Shown here: positions 36,901 to 42,001 of the stretch, in pieces
How the letters are laid out: the number at the start of each line of letters is the position of its first letter
Numbering within the stretch: the first letter of the stretch is position 1
DNA from: Proteromonas lacertae
Lineage: Eukaryota
DNA: 42,001 nucleotides
Assembly (NCBI GenBank): GCA_002245135.1
Contig: NGBS01000630.1
Span: 1-42,001, forward strand
Reading direction: 5' to 3'
Program-made: the position numbers and the translations under genes
The notes under the pieces: generated by a model
Database searches by the model: none
Told to the model about the DNA's origin: nothing
Seen by the model: the letters and a program-made list of their open reading frames with translations, nothing else

Positions 36901-39900
36901 TATAATGATAATGAGTGGAACAATGGAGACTTTAATGAAATGTATTAACACGTTACAACCATCACCAGATGAAGCTGCTGCAGCAGAAGCAACAACAACA
37001 ACAGAAAAAGTTGAAGAAAAGGTGGAAGAAAATGTGAATAATGGTGGAGGTTTAATCTCTTCTGGTTTACCTAACATTAGTTTACATGGAAAGATATCAA
37101 TGCCTGGTTTATCCGCTTTATTGTTAGTAGATAGTCCAAAAGAGAAATATCCAATTCTATCATTTACATTAGACAAAATCAAATGTGAAATGAAGAACTT
37201 TAGTAATATAAAATTCCAATTCACTCTATATTCATTCTATTACAATATCGATTTAGCTGTTTTTGAACCATTAATAGAGAAATGGTCAATTAGTTCAACT
37301 ATGAAACTACAAATAATCAGTAAAACAACAAGTGTAGATTTAGATATAAGAAGTGATAAAGTATTAGAAATAAATGTTAGTATATTGTTATTGAAATCAT
37401 TGTTATTATTCTCTGAAAGTATTACAAATATTGATAAAGAAACACCAACAAATACAGAAACAAAAGGTGAAAATAATAATATTGAAATACACAATAAAAG
37501 TAATTATAATTTCATTGTCAATATACCAAGACCAGATTTAACAGCTAATACATATTCAACTATGAGTTTAAAGAATGATGTAATCTTTGATTATGATATT
37601 ATCAGAATATCTTATTGTAATATGAAGAAAGAAAATGAATTAATTCCAGTGAAACTAGTAAGAGATTCACATGGTTATAATATTCAATCATTGTTTACAA
37701 AGAATAATGAAAAGTATTCATCCTTACCAAGAGCTGAAATAGTAAATGATATGAAGAATACTATTAAATATTGCACTAATAATGATAGTACTGAAGTAAT
37801 AATAGAATTCTTATCTGAAATGGAATTTAATCAATGGAAAAATATTGCTGATAATAAAATCGAACTACATGATACATCCTCTTCCATATTATCATTAATC
37901 AGTACAACAAGTGATGATAAATATATGAAGATATGGAATAAAGATCAACCATTGAATTATGATAATGTTATTGATACTGGATATCCATGTAATCCTTATG
38001 TTTTCAAACCATCTCAATCTGCTTTATCTAGAAGAATTGAGTTTATATATGGAGAGAATAATAAAGAAGAAAATAAGGTTGAAAATAGACAACTAATTAA
38101 TGTCGATAGAAGTGGTTTTACTCGATATAAACTAATCAATGAGAATAAATCAATATTTGTCGAAGTATTACCAATTCATGGAGAAAAACATGTTATAATT
38201 AGAAGTGAATATGATATTATCAATGATTTAGATATGCCATTAAGTATTAAATATACTGAAGAGAGTAAAGAAGAAAATATAAATAATAATGAAAGAAGTT
38301 ATGTTCCAACAAGTGTAGTTGATAACACTGAAGCAGTTATTACAATATCCAATGAATTATTAGGAAAATATGAATTTAAATTGAATGAAATAATTACAGA
38401 TAAAAGAAATAATACTCATGTTTATTATCATACAGCTAAATTCGTTAAAGAAATAGCAAAAGAAGGAAGTAGTGAAAATGAGCAACATACAAATTATATA
38501 TTATTACAAATAAATGTTGAAAGAACATGTGATAAAATCAATACAAATGATTGTTTCCCAATATTCACTATTCACTTTAAATATCCATTTTATATATACA
38601 ATACATTATTATATAGTTTGAAAGTAAAATGCAATACAAAAGATTCAAGTTATGAAAAAGTATTTTCATTAGATTCTGGTAAATATGAGAAGTTTTGGTT
38701 AGAAATTAATAATTTAGCTGAGATGGAAATTATGGCAGCTGATACTGAAGACAACTTAAAAGAAAATGAAAATAAGTTGAAATTAATGTATTATAGAGTA
38801 ATGAAATTATCAATAAAACGAGGAGAATCTCATCAAACAATAAGTGTTGTATTGGAAAGAAATGCGGATCAAAGTTATTCAATTTATTTATATGATGAAG
38901 TATGGATAATTAACCATAGTGGAAGTGATATGTATTTAACCAGTAAAAAGAATGATAAAAATGCAATTTCAATACCTTCAACACAAGTATCTTTAACTGA
39001 TATTAAGCCAGATGAAAAAGAAAAAGAGAATATTCCAAAGAATATAACAATTCCTATGAGTTTTACTACATCATCTAATGATAATAGATTATTCTTTACT
39101 TTAGATAAAAGTATATCTACTACATCTGAACCATTTAATCCTAAAACTGTTGGTATTGATGTTCCATATAGAATTCCAATTAGTAAGAGTGAAGGAGATA
39201 AAGAATATATTATTGCTTCTTATTTAGGTAGAAGTTTATTCAGCCATACTTCAATCATTGAAATTAGACCAAAATATTGGGTTTGGAATAGATCTGAAAC
39301 TGATATATCAATTAAACAATATAAACAGAGTAAAGAGATTAAGGTAAATGCTAATACTTCTATTCCATTTAATTGGACTTGTATTGATGATAAAAACAAC
39401 AATAATATGTTATTACAATTTACACCTGTTAATGGTAAAGAAGGAGATGATAGTTCTTATGAATATAGATGGAGTGGATTATGTAAAATTGATACTTTAA
39501 CTGTACCAATCATTATAAAGAGTAATAATAAAGAGAATAAAGATAGAAAATACTATACAATTAGTCATACTGTTAGTAATGACAGTATAGTGTTTATCAT
39601 TCAAAAATTGGAAATAGAAAATTCTAATTTCATGTTTTATAATAATACTAGTCGTTATTCTATTATAGCACATCCTCGTCATTGTGATTATTCAAATACA
39701 ATTGAAATTAAACCATTAGAACATAAAGGATATGCATGGAAAGAACCATTAAAATCTTCACTTATTGTATTATCAATTCTTCCAGATAATCCAATGGAAA
39801 TAAATAAATATAAATTAGAAGATTATGAACCATGTTCTACTTATACAAATATAATGTCTTTTGACAAAAATACTGAGCAAAAAATATTCAAAATTGGTGA

Positions 39901-42001
39901 TACTGAAATTACAGCAACTGTTCATTATGAGAATGGTAAAAAGGTGATAATATTTGATGATAAACACTTCACTATTACAAGTTTATCAGATATAAACCAT
40001 AATTTGAAGATAATGAATAGAATAAAGTTGAATATTGATGAAGAAATGAAAAAATTAGAAACAGAAAGATTGGAAATTGAAAAAGAGAAAGAAGAGAGTA
40101 AGAATTTAATTATTCAATTATTACATTGTAATGGAGTAGTAAGAGAAAAAGATAATAATTATTATTGTGTAATAGAATGTGATGGTCAAAAATATAGAAG
40201 TAATAATGTACAAAAAACACCAAATCCATACTTTAACAAATATCAAGAAATACCAAATGTCAAAAGTAATGAAGTTAAGATTATTGTTTATTTAGCAAAA
40301 GATAATAGTTATTATGGTAATCCAATAATGTTGAATTTAGATGATTTTGAAGTGAATAAACCATATTATAAACATATACATATATCTCCACAATGTTCTT
40401 TATTATTCAATATTGTCAGTTGTTCAAATATAAAATTAGGTAAAAATATATTACAGAATTATTTGTATGATTTACATAAGACTGAATTAACAACAATATC
40501 CAAGAAATTATTAGAAAATGAATTGAAGATAAAGAGTGGAAAACAAATCAATAGTGGAAAAACAGAAACAGTAATGAAAATACAAGTAACCAATGCTCAT
40601 ATTCCATTTGAAGGATATGTATATGCAGTAATCCAAACACAGAATAGTGATAAATTCTCCACTGTAGATAATTACGTTGAGATTGAAGATATTAGTGAAG
40701 ATATTGGTGAATTAACTCCAGTAACAGTTACAATAGATAACTATACACCTGAAAAATTAAAAATCTCTTTGATAAATGATGAATTTTATGTTTCTAATGT
40801 CAGTAAAGATTATGGTATTTATTACAACATAGAAATAGGTTCAGAAGTAAAACAAATTGATGATCATTCGTTAGATAATATGTCATTGAAAGATGTGATA
40901 GATTTATTAGGTGAAAAGACATCACATAAAATCACATTAATTCAAAATGTGAGAACTCAAGGTTATGGAACAGTTCAATGGGAAGATTTATATATTCTTC
41001 GACATACACTCGATAAAAACGATTCGATTCAAATCTCAATATTTGGTCAATCAGAGAATCTGGTAAGTGATAGTAACAAAGGAAATATCTTAACATTTAC
41101 AGGAGAGATAGTAAAAGATGAACCATTAACAAATTTAGGTCAAAAATCTCCAAATGATATATTATTGGGAAGTACAATAATCCAATTCAATCCTGATGAA
41201 TTACAAAGTGTGATATTAATAAATGAGAATGGAAGTTCAATCAATTTATCAATCTCTTATGAAACATTAAATACAAAAACTATCTGTGATGGATATAAAC
41301 TGTAAATGCAATATTCGTGGAATTGGTATTTCCTTTATATCCTCTGAACCTCATGATTTATTATACTTCACAATGAGAGAATTAAATGGAAATATATCTT
41401 ATAATACATTAGGTGGAATGACAATTCAAAGTTCATTGAAAACAATTCAATTAGATAATTTAATTCCCAATTGTGCTTATCCAGTGTTATTATACACTCC
41501 AGAAAGTGATAAAAATGCATTAGAAATGAAGATTCAAAGTAAAGAAAGTAGTTTTTATGAATTAATCGAATTTAATTTACAACAATTTATAATTCATTTC
41601 CATACAGATACATTGAAAGTGTTATATGATGAAATAAATCATTTATCAATTGAACATTTAATGAATTATGAAATTAATCCGTTAGAGAATTACAGTCCAT
41701 TGTTTATGTTAGATATAAATGAATATGAAAAAGATATGATTTATATAACTCATTTGAGAGTTCCTCCAATCAAATTACGAGTAACATTTACAGTTGGTGA
41801 TAATAATTTCTTAGAATTTTTACCCAAAACAATTCGAGCGATAATTGGAAGTGTATTAAATATCGCTGGAAATTTAGAAGATGTAGTAATAAAAATCAAT
41901 CCTTATCATACAAATTATTTATATTATTCTACTGTATATATTATTATTATTATTATTAATAATAGATGTTATTAATCTACAATGTAATTGGTCATTATTA
42001 C
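30962..42001 (+). CDS. VPS13: VPS13 family lipid-transfer protein (3' partial) with inserted C2H2, C2 and PDZ-like modules
   Basis: Chorein-N (MFEEVVSYVLTKFLGDYV..LNLSIWGGDVELKNL, LKVPWKN), WWKFAY, YYNIDLAVFEPLIEKW, VAB-type repeats, and GIGISFI/IQLDNL near the window end. Probable indels near 31123 and 41278. Confidence 0.95.

Noticed and set aside
36298..37494. Antisense ORFs of 84-180 aa (also 5064-5264, 7418-7705, 25107-25337 and others)
   Set aside because: Shadow frames of real coding strands with no recognisable motifs.
22955..41305. Programmed +1 frameshifting or RNA editing to explain breaks in LTV1 (~22963, ~23188), IQ-Sfi1 (~26077), kinase-TPR (~30010) and VPS13 (~31123, ~41278)
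   Set aside because: No shared slippery motif, both gains and losses occur, and most sit in homopolymers or short repeats, as expected for long-read indel errors.
1..42001. CRISPR arrays, tRNA or rRNA genes, prokaryotic operons
   Set aside because: No repeat-spacer arrays or recognisable structural RNA sequences seen; the window is intron-containing eukaryotic DNA.

Overview
Very AT-rich, gene-dense eukaryotic nuclear DNA with many ~23-50 nt GT-AG introns, 63-78 bp head-to-head intergenic spacers and TGTTTGTT-type 3' elements. This most resembles a low-GC Blastocystis-like stramenopile (inference). Gene order: TMCO4/DUF726 copy A (+, 5' partial); a large secreted EGF/mastigoneme(Sig1/Ocm)-like repeat protein (-, disrupted); TMCO4 copy B (-); a 605-bp foldback element (266-bp TIRs, TG..CA ends, 5-bp TSD); a 7-exon OAS-like nucleotidyltransferase with a degenerate active site (-); ATM/Tel1 (+); Spt7-like histone-fold protein (-); LTV1 (+); IS630/Tc1-like HTH protein (+); IQ+Sfi1-repeat protein (-); FAH-family hydrolase (+); pseudokinase-TPR (+); Vps20/CHMP6 (-); VPS13 (+, 3' partial). 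Most notable: the foldback element with a promoter-like core, the OAS-like gene beside it, a U12-type AT-AA intron in both TMCO4 copies, mosaic inverted TMCO4 repeats bracketing the surface-protein gene, and one-TPR-per-exon modules. Scattered 1-2 nt frameshifts in conserved genes are probably assembly errors. All protein calls are by eye from motifs; no database search was run.
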